From NCBI GenBank assembly GCA_963829055.1, contig CAWHHI010000016.1, forward strand, positions 544,001 through 608,000: 64,000 bases of DNA, written 5' to 3'. The stretch is from an uncultured Gemmatimonadaceae bacterium. Its GTDB lineage: Bacteria > Gemmatimonadota > Gemmatimonadetes > Gemmatimonadales > Gemmatimonadaceae. The notes below the pieces were generated by a model, which did not search any database, was not told the DNA's origin, and saw only the letters and a list, made by a program, of their open reading frames with translations. The position numbers were made by a program, and so were the translations under genes. Positions 1 to 12,740 of the stretch are shown one piece after another; the first letter of the stretch is position 1; every line of letters starts with the position of its first letter.

Positions 1-2283
<2,283 letters not shown>

Positions 2284-2284
2284 C

Positions 2285-3160
2285 ATGCCGTTCGTGTTTC
2301 CGCGCGACGCGCTCTTTCTCATCGCAGGTCCGTGCGTCCTCGAATCCGACGCGTTGAATCTGCGCGTCGGTGAGCATCTCGCGCGCCTCGCAGAGCGCGT
2401 GCCGGGCGGAATCGTGTACAAGGCGAGCTTCGATAAAGCGAACCGCTCGAATGCGGGTGCGGCGCGCGGCCCAGGAATCGAGGAGGGTCTGGCGGCGCTC
2501 GACCGCGTTAGGCGCGCGACGGGATTGCCGATCCTCACGGACGTGCACCTGCCGGAACAGTGCGCGCCCGCGGCGGAAGTCGTCGACGTGCTCCAGATCC
2601 CCGCGTTCCTCTGCCGGCAGACGGACCTCCTGCTCGCGGCGGGTGCGACCGGGAAGCCCGTGAACGTCAAGAAGGGCCAGTGGATGCATCCCGAGGGAAT
2701 GCGGGGCGCGGTAGAGAAGGTTCGCTTCGCGATGGGAACCGGGACCGGGGAACAGGGAAGCGAACAGCACGCGGCAAGCCGCCTCGATTCCCGATTCCCG
2801 ATTCCCGATTCCCGAGTTGCCGTCACTGAACGCGGCAGCTTCTTCGGCTACGGTGACCTCGTCGTCGACATGCGCGGCTTCACGCGCATGCGCGAGGCGT
2901 GCAACGCTCCCGTGATCTTCGACGGGACGCACAGTGTGCAGCGACCCGGGATGGGCGAAGGCGGCGCGAGCGGTGGCGCGCGCGAGTTCATTGCGGCACT
3001 CACGCGAGCGGCGGTGGCTGCCGGCGCGGACGGCTTGTTCCTCGAGACGCATCCCGACCCGGATAACGCGCCGAGTGACGGTCCGAACATGCTGCCGCTC
3101 TCGTCGCTCGACACCGTGGTGAATCGCGCCGTGGAGATCTGGCAGCTGTGTCGCCAATGA
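2285..3160 (+). CDS. kdsA: KDO8P synthase, with a ~25-30 aa repeat-derived insertion
   Basis: IAGPCVLES, KASFDKANRS, QIPAFLCRQTDLL, NVKKGQ, FDGTHSVQRP, SDGPNMLP; ATG at 2285 directly after the pyrG stop. Confidence 0.96.
   Translation: MPFVFPRDALFLIAGPCVLESDALNLRVGEHLARLAERVPGGIVYKASFDKANRSNAGAARGPGIEEGLAALDRVRRATGLPILTDVHLPEQCAPAAEVVDVLQIPAFLCRQTDLLLAAGATGKPVNVKKGQWMHPEGMRGAVEKVRFAMGTGTGEQGSEQHAASRLDSRFPIPDSRVAVTERGSFFGYGDLVVDMRGFTRMREACNAPVIFDGTHSVQRPGMGEGGASGGAREFIAALTRAAVAAGADGLFLETHPDPDNAPSDGPNMLPLSSLDTVVNRAVEIWQLCRQ
2733..2815. repeat. Heptamer-repeat inverted element (GGGAACM-like ... TTCCCGA x4) inside kdsA
   Basis: GGGAACC GGGACCG GGGAACA GGGAAGC, a spacer, then TTCCCGA x4; frame preserved. 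Confidence 0.8.
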
Positions 3161-3727
3161 TCGAGAGCGCGCTCGCTCGCGACATTCGCGTCGTGGGTCT
3201 CGACGTCGATGGCGTGCTCACCGACGGCGGCATCTATCTCGGTGACGTGGATGGCGCGCGGCACGAGTTCAAGCGCTACGACATCCAGGACGGACTCGGA
3301 ATCTACTTCCTTCGCTCCGCTGGCTTGATCCCCGTCATCGTCACCGGTCGCGTGTCGATGAGCGTGGAGTTGCGCGCACGAGAGCTCGGCATCGAGCATG
3401 TGGCGCAGGACAGGGACGCGCAGAAGCTCATCGGCTTCCGCCGCATTCTCGACCGCCTCGATCTCGGCTTCGAACACGTCGCTCACATCGGCGACGATTT
3501 TCCGGACCTCGCCGTTCTGCGACGCGTTGCGCTCCCCGTCGCTGTCGCGAACGCAGTGCCGGAGGTGCTTGCAGCATCGCGCGTGCACCTGTCGCGATCG
3601 GGAGGTCGCGGCGCGGTGCGCGAGTTCTCGGAGATGTTGTTGCGCGCTCGCGGAGATTGGGACGAGGTCGTGGACCGCTACGTCGCCGAACGCTCGGCGC
3701 GACGTCGCCGCGGGTGTACGCTCATGA
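3157..3727 (+). CDS. kdsC: KDO8P phosphatase (HAD family); apparent fusion to kdsD probably an indel artefact
   Basis: LDVDGVLTDG, DGLGI, IGDDFPDL, GGRGAVRE; an alternative frame ends at TGA 3725-3727, overlapping the kdsD ATG (ATGA). Confidence 0.9.
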
Positions 3728-4716
3728 CGATACCCGCCGAAGCGGCAAGCACTCGTCAGGCAGCGCTGCTCGAGCGTGGGCGTCGCGTGCTGCGCCTCGA
3801 GCGCGAGGCACTCGCCGAAGTCGAAGGACGTCTCGATGAGCGCTTCGCGCGCGCGGTCGAGCTCATTGCCGCATCGACGGGACGTGTCATAGTTGCTGGC
3901 GTCGGCAAGTCGGGACTCATCGGCCGCAAGATCGCGGCGACGTTCACGTCGACAGGCACGCCGGCGACCTTTCTGCACCCGGTCGACAGCGTTCACGGTG
4001 ACCTCGGCATCGTCGGCGATGATGACGTCGCCATTCTCATCTCCAAGAGTGGCGAGACCGACGAGCTCGTAGGGTTGCTACAGCACCTCAAGCGTTTCGG
4101 CGTGCGTACGATCGCCCTGACTGGCGTCGCCGAATCCACGCTCGCCCGTCATACCGATGTTGCGCTCGACACATGGGTACGAGAGGAAGCGTGCCCGCAC
4201 GATCTCGCGCCAACGACGAGCACCACGGTGGCGCTCGCGATCGGCGACGCACTCGCCGTTGCGTTGCTCGAAGAAAAGGGATTTCGCCGCGAGGATTTCG
4301 CGCGTATCCACCCAGGCGGCTCGCTCGGTCGCCAGCTGCTCACACGCGTTGATGACGTGATGATCACGGAGAAGTTGCCGACGCTTCCACCGGACGCGAC
4401 GATGCGTGAGGCAGTCGTGCTGCTGGCGGAGCGCCGCGGCATCGCGATCGTCGTCGAGGGTGAAGCGCTCGCCGGAGTGCTGACCGCGGGCGATCTCACG
4501 CGTCTCATGGAGCGCGTCGATGACGGTGTCCTGCGCGTTCCCGTGCGCGACGTGATGACCACGTCGGCGAAGACCGCTACGCTCGGGGAACTCGGAAGCG
4601 CGGCGGTGTATCGCATGGAACGTCACGGAATCATGGCCATGCCAGTCGTCGATGAAAATCGTCACGTCCGAGGAGTCATCCACTTGCACGACCTGATGCG
4701 GGCTGGTGTCGTATGA
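3724..4716 (+). CDS. kdsD: Arabinose-5-phosphate isomerase (SIS + 2 CBS)
   Basis: GVGKSGLIGRKIAAT, HGDLG, SKSGET, LAPTTST, HPGGSLG, C-terminal CBS pair. Confidence 0.95.
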   Translation: MTIPAEAASTRQAALLERGRRVLRLEREALAEVEGRLDERFARAVELIAASTGRVIVAGVGKSGLIGRKIAATFTSTGTPATFLHPVDSVHGDLGIVGDDDVAILISKSGETDELVGLLQHLKRFGVRTIALTGVAESTLARHTDVALDTWVREEACPHDLAPTTSTTVALAIGDALAVALLEEKGFRREDFARIHPGGSLGRQLLTRVDDVMITEKLPTLPPDATMREAVVLLAERRGIAIVVEGEALAGVLTAGDLTRLMERVDDGVLRVPVRDVMTTSAKTATLGELGSAAVYRMERHGIMAMPVVDENRHVRGVIHLHDLMRAGVV

Positions 4717-5267
4717 GGCCTGTCATCGCGCTTGCGTTCGTCGCCGCGGTCGCGGTATCGGTCGGGTGTCAGGAGACCGGCGCGACGCCGCCCGTGGCCG
4801 CTGGCGCCGTTGCAGACACGGCTGATCAGACGCTGTTCGGTGTGCGCCTCACGCTCGCGGACCGGGGGGTTCAGCGCGCGCTGTTACAGGCGGACACGGC
4901 ATTCACGTACGAAGACAACTCGCGAACGGAGCTTCGGACGGTACGGAGCACGTTCTACACGGAGACGGGCCTCAAGAACGGCACGCTCACGTCTCGCGAA
5001 GGCACCTACAATGTTCGCAGCCAGAACATGGAAGCTCGTGGAAATGTCATCGTGATCTCCGATGACGGTCGTCGCCTCGAAACTCCGCAGCTGCGATTCG
5101 ACACTGGCCGCAACGAGATCTCGGGTGATAGTGCGTTCGTTTTGACGCGCCCAGGTGAGATTCTGCAGGGTATCGGCTTCATCGCCGATCCTGCCCTCAC
5201 GCACATCAGAATTCTCAGAGCGGCGCGCGGTCGAACAACGAAAGCCGTCGCCCAACCGAACCGGTGA
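4713..5267 (+). CDS. lptC: LPS export protein LptC (probable lipoprotein)
   Basis: Position between kdsD and lptA/lptB; beta-jellyroll-like sequence (MEARGNVIV, LETPQLRFD); signal ending VSVG-C. Confidence 0.75.
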   Translation: MRPVIALAFVAAVAVSVGCQETGATPPVAAGAVADTADQTLFGVRLTLADRGVQRALLQADTAFTYEDNSRTELRTVRSTFYTETGLKNGTLTSREGTYNVRSQNMEARGNVIVISDDGRRLETPQLRFDTGRNEISGDSAFVLTRPGEILQGIGFIADPALTHIRILRAARGRTTKAVAQPNR

Positions 5268-6862
5268 TGCGCACCCGTGTCGTCGTGCGCTCGTTATGCG
5301 TCACGCTTCTCGCGATCGCCGCGTGCGGACGGGGCACACGTGCGCCGCGCGGCCCCGCGACGCCCGCCACGCCCGCGGCGGATACAGCGGCAGCGAGGCT
5401 CGCGGCGGCGCGCGCGGATTCCATCAGGCGTGACTCGCTCCGCACGGATTCGCTGCGAGCGGATTCACTGCATCGTGATTCGCTGCTCGCGGTGCTGAAG
5501 GCCGCGCCGCCGGCGCCCGCAGGAGCGCGCGGGCGACCGAAGCAGGAACGACGCTGTGTACTGGATTTTCCGAACACGCCCTCGACGCGCGTTCAGATCA
5601 TCCAGGATCCGGCGACGAAGAGAAACAACACGTTCGTCGGCGGCGGTGTCGTCGCGAAGTGCGTCGGCCAGGACGTGACGCTGTACGCGGACAGCGCCGA
5701 GCTCTATGACACGATCAAGCTGTACTACCTGTTCGGCAACGTACGCTACCGCGAAGCACGCGTGAACCTCGACGCCGATCGCGTCACGTACTTCCTCTCC
5801 GAAGAGCGCATCCTCGCCGAGCAGAACGTGCGCGCCACGATGCCGAGCGGCTCGACGATGGTCGGACAGGAGGCGCAGTATCTGAGACCAGTCGCCCCCA
5901 TTCGACAGGTCGCACAGCTCATCACGAACAAGCGACCCACGTTCACGCTCATACAGAAGGACTCGACCGGCAAAGTTGGCGAGCCCGCGACGCTGCTCGC
6001 CGATCGCGTGACCGTCATCGACGATACCGTCTACTATGCCGGTGGTGACGTCGATATCTCGCGTCCCGATCTGCACGCGACGGCTGACTCCGCGTACATG
6101 AACGAGGGTCGGCAATACGGTCGTCTGCTGCGCCGCCCGCAGATCGAGGGGAAGGGCGAACGCAAATTCACGCTCCGCGGCAAGGCCATCGATCTGTTCT
6201 CGAAAAATCGAACCGTCGAGCGCGTGCTGTCCGTCGATTCGGCCCAGGCGGTGAGCGGCGATCTCGATCTGCGAAGCGACAGCATCGATCTCCGGATGAC
6301 AGACAACAAGCTCTCGAACGCCGTCGCCTGGGGGCCGACCGGAGCCCGGGCCGTGTCACCCGATCGCACCATTACCGCGGACTCGCTCGCGGTGAGCATG
6401 CCGAATCAGCGCGTGAACGAAGTGCACGCGATCCGGAGAGCGTACGCCGAAACGAGCCCCGATACGACGAAGCTGAAGTCCGCCCAACGCGACTGGCTGC
6501 GCGGCGACACCATCGTCGCGGCGTTCGACTCGGCGCTCACTGCGGACACATCGTCGAAGCCTCGCATTCGCGAGCTCTTCGCGAACGGCAACGCGAGCTC
6601 GTTCTACCAGATTCCATCCAACAAGGGACCGACCGCTCCGCCGAGCGTCAATTACGTGCGGGGCAGAACGATCACCGTGAACTTCGTCAGCCAGGAAGTG
6701 CAGTCGGTCATCGTCGAGGAACAGGCGGCAGGAATCTTCGCGGAGCCCGCAGCCGACAGCACGGGAAAGAAACAACCTGCACGCCCTGGAACGCCGGCCA
6801 CGGGAGGCCGACAGCAGCGCCCACCCGCTACTCGCCCACCGTCCGGAGCGCCTCGACCATGA
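5264..6862 (+). CDS. Long OstA/LptA-like beta-jellyroll protein (probable lipoprotein)
   Basis: Between lptC and lptB; repeated 'ADS..Y', 'GNVRY', 'GDTI' strands; lipobox-like LAIAA-C; Pro-rich termini. Confidence 0.7.
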   Translation: MMRTRVVVRSLCVTLLAIAACGRGTRAPRGPATPATPAADTAAARLAAARADSIRRDSLRTDSLRADSLHRDSLLAVLKAAPPAPAGARGRPKQERRCVLDFPNTPSTRVQIIQDPATKRNNTFVGGGVVAKCVGQDVTLYADSAELYDTIKLYYLFGNVRYREARVNLDADRVTYFLSEERILAEQNVRATMPSGSTMVGQEAQYLRPVAPIRQVAQLITNKRPTFTLIQKDSTGKVGEPATLLADRVTVIDDTVYYAGGDVDISRPDLHATADSAYMNEGRQYGRLLRRPQIEGKGERKFTLRGKAIDLFSKNRTVERVLSVDSAQAVSGDLDLRSDSIDLRMTDNKLSNAVAWGPTGARAVSPDRTITADSLAVSMPNQRVNEVHAIRRAYAETSPDTTKLKSAQRDWLRGDTIVAAFDSALTADTSSKPRIRELFANGNASSFYQIPSNKGPTAPPSVNYVRGRTITVNFVSQEVQSVIVEEQAAGIFAEPAADSTGKKQPARPGTPATGGRQQRPPATRPPSGAPRP

Positions 6863-8085
6863 CTGAACCGGCGATTCCGGGACGCGTCAAACAACTCATC
6901 GGGCAGCTTGCGGCGCGTGATCGCTCATCGTTGCTGGCGCTGCACGCCATTCTCGTGTCCGCCGACGAGCGCGGTGTGGCCAGCTTTCACGATGTCGCCA
7001 TCCGCTACCGCGAAGACACGCTCGCGGCCATGCGGGCCGAGGGGCGCGACACCGACCGCGAGGCAGGCGTGCTTGGGCTCGACCAGGTACGCGGGAACTT
7101 GTCGGGAACGGTCCTCCCGCGTCTGGCGGGCTTGGGCGTCATCGGGGTAGGCCCCCGCGACCCGAAGAGCGGAGACGGGCTTCCGACGATCGCACTCGCC
7201 CCGGAGTTCTGGGCGGATGTGCGACCGTTTCGGGATCGGATCGTCGAGACTCTGTGGCAGACCGGAGAGCACGTCGCCGTCACACGTCAAACACCGCTTG
7301 CGGTGCAGCCGGCCGCACCGACCGGGAGCGTGTTGGCAGCGGAAGGGCTCGTCAAGATGTACCGGCGGCGTCGCGTCGTGAACGACGTGGCCCTGCGATT
7401 GCAACAGGGGGAAATTGTCGGTCTTCTCGGCCCCAACGGGGCGGGGAAGACAACGACGTTTTACATGATCGTGGGACTGATCCAGCCGCTGGAAGGCCGG
7501 ATCGTTCTGGACGGCGAGGACATCACGAAGATGCCGATGTACCGCCGAGCGCAGAACGGCATCGGCTACCTGTCGCAGGAACCGTCGATCTTCCGCAAGC
7601 TCTCGGTGGAAGACAACATCCTGGCGATTCTCGAGACGTTGCCCGGACTGTCGCGCGAGGAACGCCGTACCCGGCTCGAGTCGTTGCTGAACGAGCTCGG
7701 CATCAAGCACCTTCGGCATTCAAAAGCGTACGCGCTGTCAGGTGGCGAACGCCGGCGGCTCGAGATCACTCGTGCGCTGGTCACGCGGCCCAAGTTCATG
7801 ATGCTCGACGAACCGTTTGCCGGAGTCGACCCCATCGCGGTGCATGACATTCAATCGATCGTCGCGGACCTGCGCCATCGCGGCATTGGCGTGCTCATTT
7901 CCGATCACAATGTCGAGCAGACGCTCGACATCGTCGATCGCGCCTATATCATGTTCGATGGCCAGGTAAAGGTGTCCGGTAGCGTTCGCGAGCTCGTGTT
8001 CGACGACACTGTGGCTGAGATCTACCTGGGCCCCACGCTCACTGCCCGGCTTCGCGCCCGGTTTTCCACCTTGGAACCAGCCTAA
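6859..8085 (+). CDS. lptB: LPS export ABC ATPase with N-terminal extension
   Basis: [54 protein letters not shown]. Confidence 0.95.
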   Translation: MTEPAIPGRVKQLIGQLAARDRSSLLALHAILVSADERGVASFHDVAIRYREDTLAAMRAEGRDTDREAGVLGLDQVRGNLSGTVLPRLAGLGVIGVGPRDPKSGDGLPTIALAPEFWADVRPFRDRIVETLWQTGEHVAVTRQTPLAVQPAAPTGSVLAAEGLVKMYRRRRVVNDVALRLQQGEIVGLLGPNGAGKTTTFYMIVGLIQPLEGRIVLDGEDITKMPMYRRAQNGIGYLSQEPSIFRKLSVEDNILAILETLPGLSREERRTRLESLLNELGIKHLRHSKAYALSGGERRRLEITRALVTRPKFMMLDEPFAGVDPIAVHDIQSIVADLRHRGIGVLISDHNVEQTLDIVDRAYIMFDGQVKVSGSVRELVFDDTVAEIYLGPTLTARLRARFSTLEPA

Positions 8086-8088
8086 CAC

Positions 8089-9552
8089 ATGAAGCCGGGG
8101 CTCAATCAGAGTACGCAGCTTCGCCAGGAGCTCAAGATCAATCCTCGCCTGTACCAGGCGATGGATCTGCTGTACATGCCGCTGCTCGACCTTCAGCAGC
8201 ACCTCAAGCAGGAGCTGCTCAACAACCCGTTCCTCGAGATGGTCGAGCCCGAGGACGAGGAAGAGGAAGAGGGCGCAGAAGCCGAGGAACCACCACAGCA
8301 GGAAGAGCAGAAGACCAACAACGACGAAATCGATTGGGAAGGCATCCTTCTCGACGGCTTCGACGCGGGCGGCCGCCGCGAGGAGCACGAGGAAAAGGAG
8401 TACTACGAGCCGGTCACCGTCGATACGCGGGATCTCGGCGACCACCTCCGCGACCAGATCGCGCTGCTGGACCTGAACCCTCGCCAGATGCTCCTCGCCG
8501 AGGAGTTCATCGGCAACATCAACGAGGACGGCTACCTCGCGTGTCCGGTGGAGGACATCCGGCAGTCGATCAACGATGTGGTGCTCGAAGCGGCCGAAGC
8601 GGCCGAGCGCGACCCCGATGAGATTCCGGTCTACACGGAAGACGAAGTCTATCGCATGCTCGAAGTCGTCCAGGGGCTCGACCCCGCCGGCGTCGGCGCG
8701 CGAGACCTGCGCGAGTGCCTGATGCTCCAGTTGAAGGATGCCGGCCTCGAACAGTCGGTGCCGTATCGACTCGTCCGGGACTGCTTCGATGAGCTGATCA
8801 ACCACCGCTGGAGTGAGATCTCGAAGCGATTCGGCATCAGCCCGTCCGACGTTCAGAAAGCCGCTGACGAGATCGCGAAGCTCGACCCGAAGCCGGGGTT
8901 GATGTACAGCGATGCGAGCGACAACTACATCATTCCCGACCTGGTGGTCGAGAAGATCGACGGCAAGTACCACGTCTTCCTCAACGACGCGAACCTGCCG
9001 CGGCTCAAGCTCAGTCGCGCGTACCAGGAGATCGCCCGCGACAAGAAGAAGTTCGAGGGCGAGAACAAGGAGTTCATCTCCAACAAGCTGAACTCCGCGA
9101 ACTGGATGATTCAGGCCATCGAGCAGCGACGACAGACGATGCTCAAGGTCATGAACTACATCGTCGAGCGGCAGCGCGACTTCTTCGAGAAGGGCGTGCA
9201 GTACCTCAAGCCGCTCACGCTGCGTGAGGTCGCGGAAGTCATCAGCATGCACGAGTCGACGGTCAGTCGCGTCACGAACGAGAAGTTCGTCCAGACACCG
9301 CGCGGCGTGCTGCCACTCAAGTTCTTCTTCTCGTCGGGCCTGTCGACGACTGGCGGAGAGGACGTGTCCGCGCGCGGCATCAAGGACCAGATCCAGAAGC
9401 TCGTCGAAAACGAGGATCCCAAGCATCCGCTCACCGATCAGGCCATCGTGAACATCCTGAAGGAGAGCGGAGTGCAGATCGCGCGGCGCACCGTTGCAAA
9501 GTATCGGGATCAGCTTGGGGTGCTGTCGGCCCGGATGCGCAAGCGAGTCTGA
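8089..9552 (+). CDS. rpoN: RNA polymerase sigma-54 factor
   Basis: Q/L-rich region I, NPFLE, HESTVSR, RpoN box ARRTVAKYR. Confidence 0.98.
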   Translation: MKPGLNQSTQLRQELKINPRLYQAMDLLYMPLLDLQQHLKQELLNNPFLEMVEPEDEEEEEGAEAEEPPQQEEQKTNNDEIDWEGILLDGFDAGGRREEHEEKEYYEPVTVDTRDLGDHLRDQIALLDLNPRQMLLAEEFIGNINEDGYLACPVEDIRQSINDVVLEAAEAAERDPDEIPVYTEDEVYRMLEVVQGLDPAGVGARDLRECLMLQLKDAGLEQSVPYRLVRDCFDELINHRWSEISKRFGISPSDVQKAADEIAKLDPKPGLMYSDASDNYIIPDLVVEKIDGKYHVFLNDANLPRLKLSRAYQEIARDKKKFEGENKEFISNKLNSANWMIQAIEQRRQTMLKVMNYIVERQRDFFEKGVQYLKPLTLREVAEVISMHESTVSRVTNEKFVQTPRGVLPLKFFFSSGLSTTGGEDVSARGIKDQIQKLVENEDPKHPLTDQAIVNILKESGVQIARRTVAKYRDQLGVLSARMRKRV

Positions 9553-9571
9553 GCGACGCGGCACCTGCCAG

Positions 9572-10597
9572 ATGCCAACCTCCGTCACAATGGGAACAGG
9601 GAACAGGGAACAGGGAACACAGGCACGCAGCCCCGGTTCCCGGTTCGCGGTTCCCGGCTCCCCGGCGTTGACGTCTCCGTTCTCGTTCCCGCCAAGGACG
9701 AAGCGGGCAACCTGCCGTTGTTCATGGAGCAGGCCGCTGCGGCGTTCGCCGGCACGGGTGTCCGATTCGAGGTCATCGTCATCGACGACGGCTCGGAAGA
9801 CGACACGTGGCCGGTGCTCCAGCGACTCGTCACGCAATACGACTTTCTTCGAGTCGCGCGGCACCGCGTTAGGCGCGGCATCGCCGACGCGCTGCGCACC
9901 GGATACCTGCGCTCCCGTGGCGAAGTGCTCGTGTTCTACCCCGCCGACCTGCAGTTCAAGCCGGAAGACATTCCGCGACTGGCCGCGCCCATTCTCGCCG
10001 GCGAGTCCGACATGGTGACTGGCTTCAAGCAGGGCGACTACGAGAAGAAGTTCGTATCGCGTATCTACAACGGGTTGAGTCGCGCGCTGTTCCACGTGCC
10101 GGTCAAAGACCTCAACTCCGTGAAGGCCTACCGGCGCGAGATCATGGAAACCTTGCCGGTGCGTCCCGACTGGCATCGCTACATGATCGTGATCGCCGCC
10201 GCGCACGGGTACTCGGTGACCGAGATCCCGGTACCGCTCTACCCACGACACTCCGGGAAAATCAAAGTTCGGGATCGGCCGAATTCCCGTCGGCGTGCTC
10301 GACATGGTGTCCGTCTGGTTCGAATTGCGCTTCGGCCCCAAGCCGTTCCTGCTGTTCGGGATGCTGGGACTCGCGCTGTTCGCAATCGGATTCCTCGGCG
10401 GCGTCATCGCGACGCTTCGCCTTCTATTGCTCCACGAGGGAACGCGCGTCGTGTGGTCCATCGTTCAGACGTGCGTCATCGTGGGAAGCGTGTTCTTCGC
10501 GACGGGGCTCGTCGGCGAACAGATCGCGGTGCAGCGGTCCGAAGTCCGTGAACTCCGCCGTCGGGTGGAGGAGCAGGCTGTTCCACCTAACGACTGA
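9572..10597 (+). CDS. GT2 polyprenyl-phosphate glycosyltransferase (ArnC/GtrB-like) with 2 C-terminal TM helices; frameshift near 10260, start uncertain
   Basis: VSVLVPAKDE, VIDDGSEDDT, ADLQ, KDLNSVKAYRRE; removing one A in GGGAAAA restores HSGKSKFGIGRI. Confidence 0.85.
9591..9666. repeat. Heptamer-repeat inverted element (GGGAACA x4 ... GGTTCCC-like x4)
   Basis: Four GGGAACA copies, a spacer, then CGGTTCC CGGTTCG CGGTTCC CGGCTCC; same architecture as the kdsA element. Confidence 0.8.
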
Positions 10598-10599
10598 CC

Positions 10600-11767
10600 A
10601 TGCGCGCGCTCTTTCTCACGCATTCATTCCCCCGCCAGCCCGGGGACGCCGCCGGGCTCGTTCGTGCTCAGGCTCGCGGTCGCGCTGCGCGATCACGGCA
10701 TCGACGTGCACGTTGTTGCGCCGTCCGGGGACGGCCTGCCGGCGACTGACCGCTTCGACGGCATCCCCGTCGAACGGTTTCGCTACGCGCCGCGGAACTA
10801 CGAGAACCTCGCCTACGCCGGCAACATGCACACGCAGGTGCGCGACTCGTGGAGCGCCCGGCTGGCACTGCTCGGCTTCCTCGGATCCGAGTTCGGCAGC
10901 GCAGTCCGCGCGCGCCGTGCCTTCGAGCCCGACATCGTCCACGCGCACTGGTGGTTTCCGGGTGGCCTCGTCGGCACCTGGCTCAAAGGACTCTCGAGCG
11001 TCCCGCTCGTGACGACCCTGCACGGCACTGACGTTAGGCTCGCCCGCGCGACCGCCATGGCGCGGCCACTGTTCCGCCACGTGCTCCAGCAGTCGAGCGC
11101 CGTCACGACGGTCTCGCGCTGGCTCGCGCGCGAGACCGAAACGCTCATCTCCGGCGTGCGCGCGACGGTCGCCCCGATGCCCGTGGCGACGGAGCTGTTC
11201 TCACCCGGCGGCGAGCGCGCCGCCGACCGGCTGCTATTTGTCGGCCGCCTAACGGCGCAGAAAGGCATCGGGCCGCTCATCGAAGCGCTCGCGCGTATGC
11301 GTCACACGGTGTCGCTCGACGTCGTCGGCGACGGTCCGCTGGCGACCGAGCTTGCCGAGCGTGTTCGCGCACTCGGATTGGGCGATCGCGTGCGATGGCT
11401 CGGCCAGTTACCGCAGCCAGCGCTGGTCGATCTCTATCGCCGCGCCACAGCGCTCGTCGTTCCATCCACCGACGAGGGACTCGGCCTCGTGGCAGTCGAG
11501 GCGCAGCTCTGCGAGACGCCCGTCGTTGCGTACGAATCGGGCGGCCTGACTGATACCGTTCAACACGATCGCACCGGGCTCCTCGTGCCGCCTGGCGACG
11601 TCGGCGCGCTCGCGGCGGCGCTCGACGCGCTGCTCGACCGGCCGGACCGCGGGGCCGACCTCGGACGAGCAGGCCGCATGGTGGCGCTCGCCGGATTCGC
11701 ACCCGAGTCAGCGGCGCGCCGCTACGCCGGTATCTATCGCTCGGTCGTTGGCACGCCCGAGAGGTAG
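10600..11767 (+). CDS. GT4 glycosyltransferase; frameshift near 10655
   Basis: MRALFLTHSFPR start; HAHWW, TLHGTDV, LFVGRL..KG, EGLGLVAVEA. Confidence 0.9.
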
Positions 11768-12740
11768 GATCACGCTCCTCGCACAGTGGCTCATCGCCGC
11801 TGTTGTCATCGGCTTCGCGGGTCGCGAGCTCGCGCACCAATGGAAAGACGTCGCGCCAGCGCTGAAAGGTCTGCGCGCCGATTGGGGGCGCGTGCTCGGG
11901 TCGGGTGCGATCGTACTCTCCACGTATCTCATTCTCGTCGAGGCGTGGCGTGCAACACTGCGGGTCTGGTCCGAGTCGCTGCCATTCGGGACCGCCGCAC
12001 GTATCTGGTTTGTCTCCAACCTCGGCAAGTACGTGCCGGGCAAGGTCTGGCAGATTGCCGCCATGGGAGCGATGGCCCAGAAGGCCGGCGTGTCGGCGGC
12101 GGCCGCGGTTGGCTCCAGCCTCATCGTCAATCTCGTCAGCATCGTCGCGGGATTCGCTGTCATCGCGGTGACGGCGGCAGGCAAGGTCGGCCCAGCGGTT
12201 GGCGTTGGAGCGTCGAGCGACGGTGGCCGGTCCGCCGAGCTCGCCGTCATCGCCATTGCCATCGCCGGCGGTGCTGCATTGCTCCTGGCACCGGTCGCGG
12301 TCCCTCGGCTCGCGACGCTCGCTGGTCGGGTGACCGGCCGCTCGATCCCCATCCCGCGCGTTCCGCCCCGCGCCATCTGGGTAGCGGCTGCATCGACCAC
12401 CGCGAGCTGGCTACTCTACGGCATCGCCTTCGCGCTGTTCGCGCATGGCGTGTCGCCGCGCGCGACTGGCAATGCATCCTCGTACATCGCAGTTTACACC
12501 GGCTCTTACCTGGCCGGATATCTTGCGCTGTTCGCGCCTGGCGGCGTGGGCGTTCGCGAGGCGATCCTCGTCCTTGCCATGCCACGATTCGGGCTGGCGT
12601 CGGCTCCGGATGCCGCCGTCATTGCGATCACCAGCCGACTCTGGCTCACGATACTCGAGATTTTGCCCGGACTGCTACTGCTGCAACGCCGTCGCGCCGC
12701 GCAACCCGCTCGGGCGGAACACTCCGACGACGTTGAATGA
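11748..12740 (+). CDS. Lysylphosphatidylglycerol-synthase TM / putative flippase membrane protein
   Basis: SNLGKYVPGKVW and APGGVGVRE motifs; about 8 hydrophobic segments. Confidence 0.75.
   Translation: MARPRGRITLLAQWLIAAVVIGFAGRELAHQWKDVAPALKGLRADWGRVLGSGAIVLSTYLILVEAWRATLRVWSESLPFGTAARIWFVSNLGKYVPGKVWQIAAMGAMAQKAGVSAAAAVGSSLIVNLVSIVAGFAVIAVTAAGKVGPAVGVGASSDGGRSAELAVIAIAIAGGAALLLAPVAVPRLATLAGRVTGRSIPIPRVPPRAIWVAAASTTASWLLYGIAFALFAHGVSPRATGNASSYIAVYTGSYLAGYLALFAPGGVGVREAILVLAMPRFGLASAPDAAVIAITSRLWLTILEILPGLLLLQRRRAAQPARAEHSDDVE

Noticed and set aside
3148..4716. KdsC-KdsD fusion (522-aa ORF)
   Set aside because: A 1-nt shift near 3700 gives kdsC its own stop overlapping the kdsD ATG (ATGA), the usual junction here; probably an indel artefact
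9591..9666. CRISPR array
   Set aside because: Units are 7 nt with no unique spacers, and no cas genes are present
7738..10461. 907-aa antisense ORF and similar long shadow ORFs (e.g. 706-2061, 26991-28256, 47137-48459)
   Set aside because: They mirror well-supported genes on the opposite strand, as expected at high GC, and show no motifs
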